A DNA stretch of 51,777 bases, the filler included, from Sphacelaria rigidula (taxonomy: Eukaryota), in the NCBI GenBank assembly GCA_964200075.2. It is 3 parts of 3 records of this genome, joined end to end, with 100 filler letters (N's around TTAATTAATTAA, not from the genome) between each part and the next. Parts side by side here need not be neighbours in the genome. Positions count along the whole stretch, not along the records: positions 1 to 17,194 come from CAXNAA020001147.1; 2 more parts are not named here. One strand, written 5' to 3'. Positions 1 to 12,396 of the stretch are shown here, piece after piece. The notes beneath the pieces were generated by a model. It did no database searches and was not told where the DNA came from. It saw only the letters and a list, made by a program, of their open reading frames with translations. The translations under genes and the position numbers were made by a program. Each line of letters begins with the position of its first letter. The first letter of the stretch is position 1.

Positions 1-414
1 TTGGTAGTTTGAGTGCAAGCCTGGTCCGGCAAAAACCCGGCGTGCTCCGTCCCAGATTTGTAGGGATGCTAGGTCAATGGTCTTATGGCTATGGCATGTA
101 TGATCATGGGTACACCCAAGCCTTCGATTCGGTTCACCCTGCTGTAGAACGCTTGAAGCCCCAAAACCATCATAGGACAGACAACAAAACTGGCGACACC
201 CAACCCGACATGGTCGATGACAACACAAACGAAGAAACACGACAGGTCACGCCCAACGTAAATCTTCGGCTTGTCACTCTCGATGTGAGACAATGCTTTA
301 TCCGAATCGTAGTATGCACCACACGATGGATGCGCTACCTTTCCCCACTCCCTTCTATCATCCTCTGATGCTACTTCATTTTGCTTCATCGAGAACGACC
401 CAGTACTTGCATAC

Positions 415-3400
415 CTTATTGGTATCGAGATGATGACTCCGAGTGCTCCGTTGGCCACCTGATCCACAGTTCCCAGTCCCAACCCCACCGTTCCCCCCGC
501 CAAAGCCGCAACAAATGCCAACTCGGCGAGCCTCTCCTTCGGTCCCCGGCCTTCATATGGGCCGCTGCATGGGCGTTTTTCGTTTTCACGGGGGGGGGGA
601 TATGTACTCGAGGGACTGGGATGATCAATTTTAGCGTGGCGTGGGGGTAATTTGCAAGTTGTTCTCGCTTGTTTGAAGGCTATCCCATGATACGTAGTGT
701 AACGTTGCAGTGAGTAACAGGACAAGATGATACTCCCTCTGTCCCATAAGTAAAGGTTCTTGAGGGGCGGGGGGCAGATCATATCTCGCCAATAAAGTTG
801 CCTACGATGCTAAAGTTAGGTTTGCTGAAAAAAAATTGATACGGTTATGCTCATAAAAGGGGGGGGGGGGGAATGACTCGGACTTACCGAGAACTAGTGG
901 ATCAAAAAGTGGAAAATTTGGCGGGGGGGGGGTCTTGGGCATTTTCTATTTCGATGGGCGACAAAGACTTTGGTGTGGAGCATACCAGGGTATCGGCGCG
1001 GCAGAAGGCAGGGACTTTAGGTAGGGTGGTGGAATATGATCAGGGGGCTTTTACGAAGGCCTGGGACTACCTAGCATCAAGCCCCGGTGACGGCGAGGAT
1101 GATGAACGAAAATGTTTTTTTGTTTCTTTTTCAGCACTTTTTCGCCCCTGGAAAAGGGACAAAATGCGGCCTTTTTTCGGGCCGACTCCTTTTTTTTTGG
1201 CCGTTCATGCGTGCAGGTGGTGCGTGTAAAAAAACAAAAACGGGTTTCACCTCATCAAACACCGAAGATTAAAACACACTTACCGCCTACGGCGTCGGAC
1301 ACCGTTGCGGGTCTGTGTAACCATAAAGGACCTTCACTGATGGAACAGAGGCAGTATCTACGGTAAAGAAGATGCAGTAAATTTACCAGGCAAACGAGGG
1401 AAAAGTAAACTTACCACACGTGCTGTACGCGACCTGCCCACATTCTGCCCCCCGCCCCGGAATCCGTCTCGAAAGAGATGCTTGGTCAATGGTCTAAAGA
1501 CTGAGGCTAGCAGCAATAAGGACGCTTTCCCCCCCGTAATGAGCGCACACTGTCCCGTTCGAACGCCTTCTTGCCTGAACGCCCTGCTGAACGCCACTCC
1601 CATGGCCCACGTCAGCTCCGCTTCGGTGACGCTGCACGCCGGGCTAGATTCCTTCAATTGCCGGTAGAACTTTGACCACTCATTTCGTTGCTGTAGCACC
1701 TCGCTCTCCAAATAGGGGTAGTGCAACTCCGCTAGGTCTGTATCCGACCACTCCAACGGCGTTCCGAACGACTCGGGCAGGTAGGAAACCCTGAAGCGTT
1801 TCGCGTGAGTCAACAGTTCAGGAAAATGACAAGGGGGTCAAAACAAGGTCGGCGTGCACGCGGCGTACTCGCGCGAAAATATTCTCGCTGGTCACTCTGG
1901 GGGATTGGAGGGGCGCGGGCGATAGCGAGCGCTTGCATTCGGCTCGTGAGCAATACTTCATGTTGCTGCACCTCATGGCACAAAACGGCGGGAATGACCT
2001 ACTCCAGGCGGCTTTCGGGATGTGGCCTACACATTGCATTGGTCATGCGTGGGTGGAGGCAGTCATTGGCTACAAGTCTTGTATGCTGCCGGCGCTCTTG
2101 CTGCACTCACCAATTTTGGAGTTTCGACTCTGGCCCTTTCTGCTTTTCCCGCAGCAGCAAAAGCGCCATCCGAACTTGCCTATTGTTGGTTTTGGCAACA
2201 AAAAAGGGAATGCGAGCGCCTGTAAGGTTCGAACCGGGTGCTTATCGCTCACGGCCTTGCCGTTATCCCCCTGCGTGTATCGTATACTCTCTTCAGTACC
2301 GTAGCGATCCTTGCGAACAGAAACCTGTCCTGACTTTGCGTCGCCCACCGGCAGCACCGCTCGCCGGCAAACGCGAACTCTGCGGGTTGATCTTTCAACG
2401 CTGGTTGCGCTCGATCAGACGTGGGGATTGATTTACTCTTCCTTTATTCTTGTTCGGCATGTGAGACACCGGACGTGAGAAATTGCACATATCCAGCTAG
2501 CTCACCATGGGCTCTTCTCCCAAAAGGCTGAGTCTACCCATTCAGGGAAAGGACACTGCTGGTCTGTCGTTGTGACCAAAGATGACTCGCTTGGAACGAT
2601 CACCATCTCGTCGTTCGCGGCAATGTTCTGCGTGGCAATCACACCTTGAAGTCAATGTGACAAAGCACGCGCGAAGGCGGGGGTGGGGGGAGCGCTGTCA
2701 CACAATACATAACGCTTCACGAGAGCATGACAGTAAATAATATACATATACACAAGGTTCCCCTCCGGAAGATTGGTTTGCGCCTCCGGGGTGTACTCAT
2801 GATCATGCCTGCCATAGTCACCTGCGCCTCCGGGGGGTGACGCAAGTCGAAAATATATGGTCAACCTTTTTGGAGCCCACTGACGATTTTTATTTTCGTG
2901 AACCGGCATCATTTAGACTTGAAAATGGCTGAAAACGATGCCGATCACAAAAACGAAAATTATTAATGGGCTCCAAAAGTGTTCACCATATATTCTCAAG
3001 TTCTCCATGACGTTGAAGAGGCTTTTGTGGTTCGGGATCGACACCCCGCGAAAAAGGGTCAGTTTGAGCGACTTTCGGTCGTCAGAACGCGCGCCACAGG
3101 TATCAGATGACGCCCAAACCTGAACGGTAATGTACCGCTGAGCCTTCTCTGTGCGCCGCAAGAGGAAGCGTGGGAAAAAATGCCTTGCCGCCGGAGAAAA
3201 CTCGGCAAAAGTGGTGAAACATGTGAAATGGCACATGTAAATAATATACATTGGTTGAAAGGGGAGAGAAAAAGCGCGCAAGTCATCGCCTTGTCTGCGA
3301 CGATCGAGCAGGTATATCTTGCCCTCCACGTAAATAAACAAACGGAGACAAACAAACACAACTGATGAGGGAGCCTCCAATTAAACAGGTCACGACTTCG

Positions 3401-6400
3401 AATGCACACCTTCGGCCGCGATTCACTCATTATATTATAAACCCGCATGTTTTATTGTAATATTTAGACTCCTGCATTGTAATATTTAGACTTCTGCATT
3501 GTAATATCTAGACTTGTGCAATACAAGCCCGCTGGATAGGGACGCAATACACTGTCTGTAGTATACAGTATACTGTACAGATATGGAACCACACCCTGTA
3601 CTGTGTACGAATTAGACTGCACAGATGCATTGCTCCCAACTGCTGTATTCTTCACGTGTGCGACTATACTTATTGAGTGCCCACAGGGACATCCCTGCGC
3701 AGTTACTTCACTATTGCACTGCTGTCTATATGCCTACCGAAGCAGCGGGCTAACTCATAGGTATTAACCTGTGAAGTACCGGCGCAGAGTTGTCCCTGTG
3801 AAGTTCCTGCGTAGGGATGTCCCCGTGACATCCCTGCGCCTGTACTTCACCGGTGTATTCTGTGGGGGAACTCTCTGTTACGGGTTGCATTATCACAGGG
3901 ATTTCGGCACCCCCTACGCTGGTCTTACTCAGGTGATCCACAGTGGGGACGTTTGCCCACGTGTGTGCCTTGTTCAACTCGCCAACGGCTCATTGCACGT
4001 TCTTGTGTTTGCTACTGACTAAGGCCAAGGCAATATTGCATTGCTTTCAACTGCAGTGCTCTCATGTTATCGTGACATTGGCGCATACCCAGTGTGCTCG
4101 TGCTCCCAAATGAACGAGAACGCGACAAAGAGAAACGCGGGGGGGAAAATACCTCGCCAAAAATAACCCTGCTGATTGAAGTTTTCCATGATCTTGAAGA
4201 GGCTTTCATGGTTCGGGATCGACACCCGGCGAAAACAAGCCACGACACCCCGCGGAAAAAAGTCAGTTTGAGCGACTTTCGGTGGCCAGAACACGTGCCA
4301 CAGGTATCAGATGATACCCAAACCTGAACAGTAAGGTACCGCTGAGCCTTTTTAGTGCGCTGCAAAAGGAAGCGCGGGAAAAAATGCCTTGCCGCCAGAG
4401 AGAACTCGGCAAAAGTAGTGAAAAATGTGAAAAGATACAGAGCCATATACATACAAGTAAGCTGATGCCAGAATTGGCACTATATACCGCAAAGCGCCGT
4501 ATATTCGCGCAAAACGGGTGGGGTTCTGCTCAGTGCCAGAGTGATGCTGCACATCGATCGATGTGCAGGCAAACGTTCATTCGCTTTCGCGGTATATACT
4601 GAATCGGATGGAGCGGTGCTGCACGTGCATTTTCCGTTGCGGATGCAGTAGACCATGGAAGGACAGCATAATTTAATGAGACATGCACACGCAAGTCGGT
4701 ATATATTCCGTACGTGTCCCTCTCGTCCTTGTCCTGGAATCGCACGAGACTGTCTCACGTGCATGCAGTATATGGGGTCCAGGATCACACCCACTCGTGA
4801 TGAAAAAAGTGCAATCTCGACGACTACGGCGCTAGTGCCACCGAAACATGTCTCCTTGGAAGGCTCTAGCTGACATCCATCTGCACCCAGGACCCTGCTG
4901 GCAGTCAACGGTCTGATCCTTTGAGAAAATCAAGGTTAGGCGGCGTGCCACCCATGTCCTGTCACATTTTACCTATAACGGCACTGGCACATACGGTACA
5001 GCACTAGTACCCACCTCGCAAGCCATTAACAAATCCACCCTTGAGCTTGGGGGCCTTCACCCCCATCTCATCTCCGGCCCACTGCATGAACTGCGCCAGG
5101 CTTTGGTCCCTAGAGAGGGCAGTTTCACCGCCGCCGCTGCCGCCGCTGCCTTGCCCCTTCTTCTTCGATTTTCCTCCCATCATGGAAACACCTCGGCGCG
5201 ATGTGGAGGTGATGGGCTGGGCGGAGGATGATTTCGAAGCTGATGCTCGGCTGGTCCTATCATGTGAGACGTGTACGGTACAGCATAGAGATAGGCATGT
5301 TGAGGATCATCCGGGAGGCTGCGGGCACGGGCACGAGAGGCGGAGTCCTTCAGATTCGCGCAGTCCACGGTACAGTGTCCGTGAGTGCGTTTACCGTCAA
5401 GCGTCTTCCAATAACCCGCTACTCAGCCCCCGTTGTGTAGCTCTGTATCGAGTATGGGTGTTTGCGGCGAAAGCAAGGTTCACGCAATTCCCAGTTTGTG
5501 GTGGCAAACAGTGTATCGATGTGCAGAGAAGTCTTCCGTTCTTGCTCGTTAGTCTGTGCATTCGTGACAAAATCATCTTGGTTTCAGTACACCGCGGCCA
5601 TTTCGGACTTCGCTGCTTCGACGACAACTAACTTGGTGATGCTGTCCGACTGTGCGGCGGCGGCCGTAGTGCCCGCGCGCGCATCCTGCTTGCTGACACA
5701 AGATACCATCGTTGTTGCCCCAGCGGCTTGGGGCGTCATGCGTTTGGTAACTCATGACGGAAGATACTAACCTGATTGCTGTTATTAATAATATCCCTGG
5801 CCCCCACATAACACCACCACGCCTTTTCTACCATACCCATTTTACAGTACTGCAAAATCGACCCCGTTTATTTCACTTCCACGCCGTTTAGAATTCGCCG
5901 TCCTCCGTAATTCTGCCGGATTTGTTTTTCCGATTTACAACTTACACCCATTATACTGTTTCTCTGTCGTCTATTGCGACACCTATATTGTAATATACTG
6001 TGTATAGAGCATATTATACTCTGTTAAAGTACGGTAGAGAGGTCGCAGGTGAACATGCAGTGGGTATATGATAATACTACTGGTGAAAATATGACGTCAC
6101 GATTCTGCAACTTCGGAACGCTTGTATGTAGTAGAAATCCGCAATATATGTGGACAAAAGTCCACGAGTTTCGTTGTTGTTGGTGTGGTGGTACTCAGGG
6201 TTGTCCCTCTGATGGACATGAGCGGTTATGGTCCTTTTGTGTGTGGGTGAGATGTGCTTACACCCTGGACATAGACTATGTAATGGAACATTACCACTGC
6301 AACAGCCCCGAAAATTTGATTGTCAGTCATGATCGATTGACATTGCTGCCTATCGAAAGCCATTCTAGGTGACAATAGATTCGGCACGAGGGACAGAATA

Positions 6401-7882
6401 TATCATGCCGTGGCAGAGGAGTGGTCAAGTCGTCTATCGATACATGATATATGTTGCAATAGGCTTTGAATTGCGACTACCAATGTCTAATGTTTATCAC
6501 AGTAGGATCTGCAACGCGGCCAACAATATATATTGATGGTCACGAAAGGATCTGAATTGCGCCCAACAATGTCTATTGCTGGTCGCAATGGAATCTGAAT
6601 CGCGGCCATCAATGTCTATCGCTGGTCACAAAGCGATCCGAATCGCGGCCACCAATATCTAATACCAGCCACAAGAGGGGCTGAATTGCGTCGATCACTA
6701 CCCATGTATGCACACGTTTCGTTGGATGTTTCCACCTTATTCCACAGAAGCTATAGCCAGCATATTGCCTCAGGTAGTTGCGTATTCATGTGTGAGGGGT
6801 ATTGCCGTTGATGCCGTAAGATCACTGCAGTGAGCAATATATTTATCAAATTGCCGTTGACGTCAAAAGACCACTGCAGCGAGCAACATGCTCATCAAAA
6901 CTAATCGTTGGGGTCACTGGCTGTCGGCAGATGCTTCCTAGAACAGTCGATTGTTGACGGCAATGCTATTGATAGATACCCGAGAATCCATAGTTGGCGG
7001 CGGAGGATATTGATAGATTGTTCACCACATCTATTGATGAGGGCGAAGGCTATAGATGGCTCACCACACCTCTTGATGACGGCAATCGCTACCGATGGAT
7101 GGCTCACTAAATCTATTGATGACGGCAATGACTGCCGATGGATAGCTTGCCAAAGTTATTGATTACGGCAATGGCTATCGATAAATACACCCCAGAAATC
7201 CATTGCGGGATACGATGCCCATTGATGGCCAGCGATCTCGATCTATTGCAATTGCCATAGACTATTGATCGACCCTTGCAACATCTGTTGTCCCTTGCAA
7301 TTACATATCAATATATGTGTTTTACCATCTCTTGTGCTCCACAACATATATCGATAGGTTTTCACCCGCGTCTATTACTGAAGCAATGGGCTATCATTGG
7401 GTCATGGTCCAGAGTATGTGTTTTCTAAACGCCTACCCTTTGAGCGCCATGCCTCGTTTTGTTGGAACAATTGGGCTGACAGTCCCGGGAATATGTGCAA
7501 CCATGTGCGGAATATTTGAACAGCGAAAAGTGAGACAGTACAGACAGTCCGTACTCTACACACAGTCACGTGAAATATTTGAACAAGGTGCAGTACAAAG
7601 AGTACAGACGGTCTATACTGCCTGCATGCAGAAGGGTGTAAAAGTTGAACTAGGTGCAGTACAGACAGTACAGGCTGTCTGTATTGTCTTCATACGGCTT
7701 CAAACAACAAAAAACAAAACAGGTTTAACAAGGTGCAGCACAGACTGTCTGTACTGCACGCATACAGAAGAGAGCAAAACACTTTCGGACAACGTGCTGG
7801 GCTGCCACTATTTGCGTACAATATGATGTACATAGCAGTTTGTACCGGGTTCGCGAGATCGGACTAATGTGCGGGAATAATG

Positions 7883-7914
<32 letters not shown>

Positions 7915-10296
7915 GCAGTTTGTACCATGGCGTACTACAGCAGCCTGCGGGAAAGATATACTGGCACCGCAGTGCATATAGCGGTGCAAAAGAGATGGTA
8001 AGTGAGAGTGACCCTTCAACCGCTGGCCAGAGAACATTGTTTGCCTGTGTTTTACTTAGGCGATATGTTGTGCGACGAGGTGTTGACAGTGGCCTAATGA
8101 GTGTGGCCTTCGGAGAATATAGGGCGAGACATCGCGGGGTGGTCTCCGTCATCAATCCCATCCAGTCGAAGTTGCGCTTGGGACTGTCATCACGTACTCG
8201 CACATGAGCCCGTAGCGGCAAAAGATGAGCTAGTAAGAATTTGGACGTACGCGGCAAAATGTGCAAATGTGCTCGCCTCATTCGTCACCGCTGGAATTTC
8301 CAGATCGCATTATCCGTCATTCAAACAGCAAGTAAAAGGGCGATCAGGGTCAATATTTTTTTTCGTGTACATGTATTTCATCCACTTAGGCTTATTATCG
8401 AAGAAGCGTTCTTTCGACGAGTCCCGAAATTTTGAGAGCTCCAAATGACTCATTATTACCGAGTTCTGCCGTTGCTGTTAGATATCTCATCACGGACGCG
8501 GTGCTGATCTCGTCGTTGGCTCGTTTTCGTCGCGAAAATAAAGGACAGAATGCTATTGCCTGGTCGTGTATGGCGTTCAAAACTACGGTGAACATCTTTC
8601 TCGCAACGTCTCTTGAAACGGGGGCGCAGTCGGGAAGGCAAGGGCGTGATCCACCATCCCTCCCGAAATGCAGCAGCAGCACACACAAATGAAAATACGG
8701 ACTGTGAAAATGCTCAACAAGATGGATGAAAGGGCTGTTCGACACGTAGCTTCAGCTTTGGTCACAACTACACGGTCTGATGCCACGGGCAACTATGTGC
8801 GTCATGACGCTATACTTTGATGTTGTATCTGCGCGGGCTGACGAATTTGTTGTGTGTTTGAAAATCGCTTGGTTCTCTCGCTCTCTTGGGCCCTTGCTGT
8901 TTCCGGGGCTAGCCGAAAGCTCAGTGCAAAGTTTACAGCATGCTTTCTTTCTGTTAGTTTTATGCACAGATACACTCACCACACCACCAGCTACAAACTT
9001 CGTAGACGGTGCGGTAGCGTACACTCGTAGCTGCACAGCAGGCAAGTAGGTCGCTACCGGATGTTTCAGCTCTTCATTTCGAAAGTGTCTACGCCCTCAA
9101 ACGGCGACCACGATACTTCACCCCAACATCTCAGCAACCGCTGCCTACGCAAACACCGTCTACGAAGATGGACACCGCCAACCCATGCCGCTCTACTCTC
9201 TGATATGGCCCAGGGTATCACTGGCAAGGTTCCTGATGACTCTCACACGCTCGCGAGCGCCACAGCGTGCGCACAGGGCAACTCTACGAAGTGTTGCGTT
9301 GCGGTTCGAATGTTTAGACTTCTCCAAACGTGAAGCTTCAGAGAAGAATTAAGCCGCTTCATTGTTGGGGAACTCTCAACGCAGGGTCTAAAAACGCCAA
9401 AATATTCAGCGATATCCGAAAACCCAGTGTCGATAATAATGGATCTTACCCCAGATAGCATCCCTTCCGCAGAAATTCGGAGTCCCGAACCTCTCACCCG
9501 CGTAATGAGTGGTTTCAACAAGATCGAAGTCACGGATTTTCGCGCATTTTCGTCGAGGGGTGATCTAGGGGCGACCTGAGGCTTCTGGCGCTTCAAGGCT
9601 TAACTCCGATAAGAACCCGCCACAACAGCAGACCGGATGTTGGACTGGCAAGATGTTCCACAGCTGCAAAAACCCTGCCGAAGGGGAACAGTGCTATTGT
9701 AGATAGGGATCGGGCACACATACAGTGCACACGTAAGTTCAGCGAATAGCATGCACCCTCGAACTGTCCGCAACTTCTCACCGCTAGGGGCAGTAACAGC
9801 AGGTATGCTGTACTGCATTGTTGTACTGTCTCTGTACGGCTTTGACGAAGCACAACACTGGACCATCAGGCGCAGGTGCTTCCAATCACATTACACGAGA
9901 GAAAGTCGGGTTCCATTTCTCACTATACCCTCAGTTCCAACCATTAACATAAGGCTGGGGAGCGAGATCAAGGCACCGCTGCAATGGCTGCAACAATCAC
10001 CTACAGTCAGCGGGTTTCTCTTAGCCGAACATTTCATGTCAAACGATTGCCCCGTCCCTGCTACATGAGCAGCAAAGCCTAGCTGTTCTCTACAAGTGGT
10101 ATCGTAAACGGTAAGAGTAGACTAGAGTAACAAAACAGCACCCGGACCTGCATGAAGACCCTGTTGTTCTTGAGAGTCCCCCTTGGCGGACTGCAACGAA
10201 TCCGTGGTGTTGAATGAAAAATCCATGAGCACTGTTTGTGCCAAACGCCAGAATCAGTAGTTGCAGCAGCGCCAACAACACCAGCTGGGTAGCCAT
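415..10296 (-). CDS. Rubisco-LSMT-like SET-domain lysine methyltransferase, probably plastid-targeted; multi-exon, 3' end missing (runs off contig start)
   Basis: Phase-compatible exons 10296-10148 (MATQLVLLALLQLLILAFGTNSAHGFF..., tentative first exon), 5256-5015 (..SLAQFMQWAGDEMGVKAPKLKGGFVNGLRG), 2644-2506 (VIATQNIAANDEMVIVP..PFPEWVDSAFWEKSPW), 2179-2111 (QVRMALLLLREKQKGPESKLQNW), 1790-1575 (VSYLPESFGTPLEWSDTDLAEL..ELTWAMGVAFSRAFS) and 564-415 (GPYEGRG..IPIR). The motifs RG.IAT..I, LL.E...G..S, LP....TPL.WS and WA....SRAF are typical of the LSMT/SETD3/SETD6-type SET family. The catalytic D..NH motif is not in the window. Confidence 0.88.
2748..3236. mobile_element. Unclassified repeat insertion in SET-gene intron, with internal hairpin
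   Basis: Flanked by the direct repeat GTAAATAATATACAT (2733-2747 and 3237-3251). Internal imperfect inverted repeat 2853-2910/2937-2993. The right half is homologous to about 4180-4430. Confidence 0.6.
3456..3515. repeat. 22-bp tandem repeat, about 2.7 copies
   Basis: Unit TTGTAATATTTAGACT(C/T)CTGCA. Confidence 0.8.
4178..4435. repeat. Second diverged copy of the 2998-3236 repeat segment
   Basis: Shared blocks such as GGTTCGGGATCGACACCC, GTCAGTTTGAGCGACTTTCGGT, GCCACAGGTATCAGATGA and AAATGCCTTGCCGCC. Confidence 0.85.
6467..6690. repeat. 43-bp minisatellite (5 diverged units plus a partial) within a larger CTATTGAT-rich repeat (about 6430-7320)
   Basis: Approximate consensus TGAATCGCGGCCAACAATGTCTATTGCTGGTCACAAAAGGATC, with units starting at 6467, 6510, 6553, 6596, 6639 and 6682. 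Confidence 0.8.
7513..7765. repeat. Imperfect tandem repeat of about 65 bp, about 4 copies
   Basis: Recurrent TTGAACAAGGTGCAGTACAGACAGTACAGAC.GTCT.TACTG. Confidence 0.65.
7876..7913. repeat. (AAT)n microsatellite
   Basis: Run of AAT units seen directly. Confidence 0.95.
10148..10296 (-). CDS. Probable first exon of the SET gene: signal peptide plus start of transit peptide
   Basis: Hydrophobic LVLLALLQLLILAF followed by SAHG-FF resembles the heterokont ASAFAP-type cleavage site (Phe at +1). Ends AG|gtccgg in phase 2, matching the exon at 5256. The donor is weak and the intron is about 4.9 kb. Alternative ATG at 10308. Confidence 0.6.
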
Positions 10297-12396
10297 GGCG
10301 GCGATCATGTTTCGGGTCTCTGTACTTGTAATTTATCACAGAACTAAACCTGAACCCTGAGTATCTAGAACTAAACCAGAAGTAGAACTTGTGCTACGCA
10401 TAAGCCGTATGTCATGATATTTCGAACAGTTCGATTACCACTCCGGCAGCGCTTTGGCCGCTCGTTTGCGAGTCGTTGCAACCAGAGAAGACAAGCGCTT
10501 CAGCACAGGAGCTTATTCGAAAACTGTTGCATATTAAATACCTCGCATTGTACTATATCAAAGCTCACGAGTGATTCCAGCACCGTTATTGCTGTGCGTA
10601 GTTGGTTTTGCGTCGTGAACTTCGTCCGTGCTGTGAGCTTTCAAGCATGGGGGTGCAGAAGTTACTGGGGGGCATTGTGCTGATTGGGGTCACCGCTGTA
10701 TTCATCCTGCCAGCATCACTCAAGCTGGTGAGTAGAGCGGGTAGAGCACAAGTAGTACACCGTACAGCATAGCTCATGCAGTGCTGTGTAGGTGGTTACA
10801 GCTACAGTAACGTACTTCGAGATGCTATCAGCCAAGGACGGTACCCCCGGAAAGTTCGGTATACCCGTTTTGCTTACCGAAACTACAGATTTTTTTAGGA
10901 ATTGTTGCACCGGGCCGGCTGTTGTTTTGGTGCGTCTAAGCAACAGCAGATCACAAAAGTGCGTCACGGGGCTATATGCACTATACTGCGGAAGGGCTTG
11001 TGTAGGAGCAGGCGGTCTATGTTCTCTGCATTCCGTGAATTTACGCAGCAAAGTGTGCACTCGATCGAGAGGATCATGAGTGAAAATCAATTGGCTCGTC
11101 GTCTCTTTCCAGTAGTGGATCTTTTGTTGTACCTTCCCACCGTTCATGATGTCGGATTATCAGCCTGAGTTGCTGTGCACGCAATATGTGGCCGAGATGA
11201 TATACGTTGGCAGAGTGCCGTAGACAAGAGCGCATTGGTGGAACCGAAACTCGGAGCACCAATCTATCGTGATTCTTGCGAGAGTGTACTGTCCATTTCA
11301 GTTTTTCTTCCAGCCCCGAGAACTTCCGTGGATTTTTTTCACTGGGTTACATTCGTTGTACACATCGACCGTGCACGTGTCACTTCTTAACCCGTGGACA
11401 GCGAACCCCCTTTATCTGTGGACAGCGAATCCCCCGCAGGTGGACTGAGATGGGCTTTGCAAGTGTTGACGATGCAGCCCACCAAAACTATACACCACTC
11501 TCAGTTCAAGTATACTGATGTGACTGGTTCGTGCACCGAACGCGAAGTGACGTTTTCCCGGTGACGAAAGCTCGCATACGGAAGTTTGTAAATCGTCACT
11601 TTTCCATCAACTGTTCCAAAAGGATCAACACCGTTTAGCTTCCCCCCCTCATCCCTAGTCGGGGTCAAAGCGGGCTACTCCCTCGACCATTTCCATCCTG
11701 AATTCCTCGCGAGTTTTCGCTGTTGTTGTGTCACCGGTGATGGTTCTCCGAGTGGCGTCTCTCGACGCAGTAGCCTCTTGTTTGTGACGAAGATTGATTG
11801 GAGTGCGTCTTCCGCGTCGCTACGCCTCCTTGGACTCTTCCGCCCTTGCCCGACTCCAATCCGCCACGTTAAAGACGTATAAACCACTTGAATTATGTCC
11901 CTACTGAATCCACGTTGTAATCAAGTACTGAGAAAATACACTGAGCCCGAGTGAATATGGGCAACAGTCGAACAATTGAAAACTAGGCGTAATAGTAGTT
12001 CTTGACGCCGAAGTTCCCGCCATCAAATTTCACGATCTCAAAGTTCGCGACATCACAGCAGGTAGTGAGTAGCTTGCGCATCCTCCGAGTCCCAGGTCCG
12101 AGTAACATGGTACCCCCTGCACTCTTTTTACCACGACAGCACCACGTTCGTGAGCATGCTAATACACAACACTCCCCGCACCGACAGCGGGGTGTTATGT
12201 TGATTTCGCCACACCCTCGTACCCTCCTTAAACCCATCTTCCATGTTTCCCACTGCAAACTGCGTATCATGACTACGTACCCTGGCAACCCGTATGACCG
12301 GAGTACTAGTATGAGAAGGCATTGTGACAAGCAAAGCCATGTTTCATCGTGACGATCGGTGTCGGGTGTCTTGAAACGCAGGTTGTTGGACCTAAA

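Noticed and set aside
1805-2431. 208-aa plus-strand ORF (also 5041-5631 and most other ORF-track entries)
   Set aside because: These are antisense shadows of real exons or chance ORFs in GC-balanced intronic or repeat DNA, with no recognisable motifs.
5573-5772. Extra exon of the SET gene
   Set aside because: It has a plausible acceptor, but I found no donor in a phase compatible with the exon at 5256.
6467-6690. CRISPR-like periodicity
   Set aside because: Whole units are homologous with no unique spacers, there are no cas genes, and the context is a eukaryotic intron.
11387-11676. piggyBac-like MITE starting TTAA-CCC
   Set aside because: No matching GGG-TTAA end or convincing TIR found.
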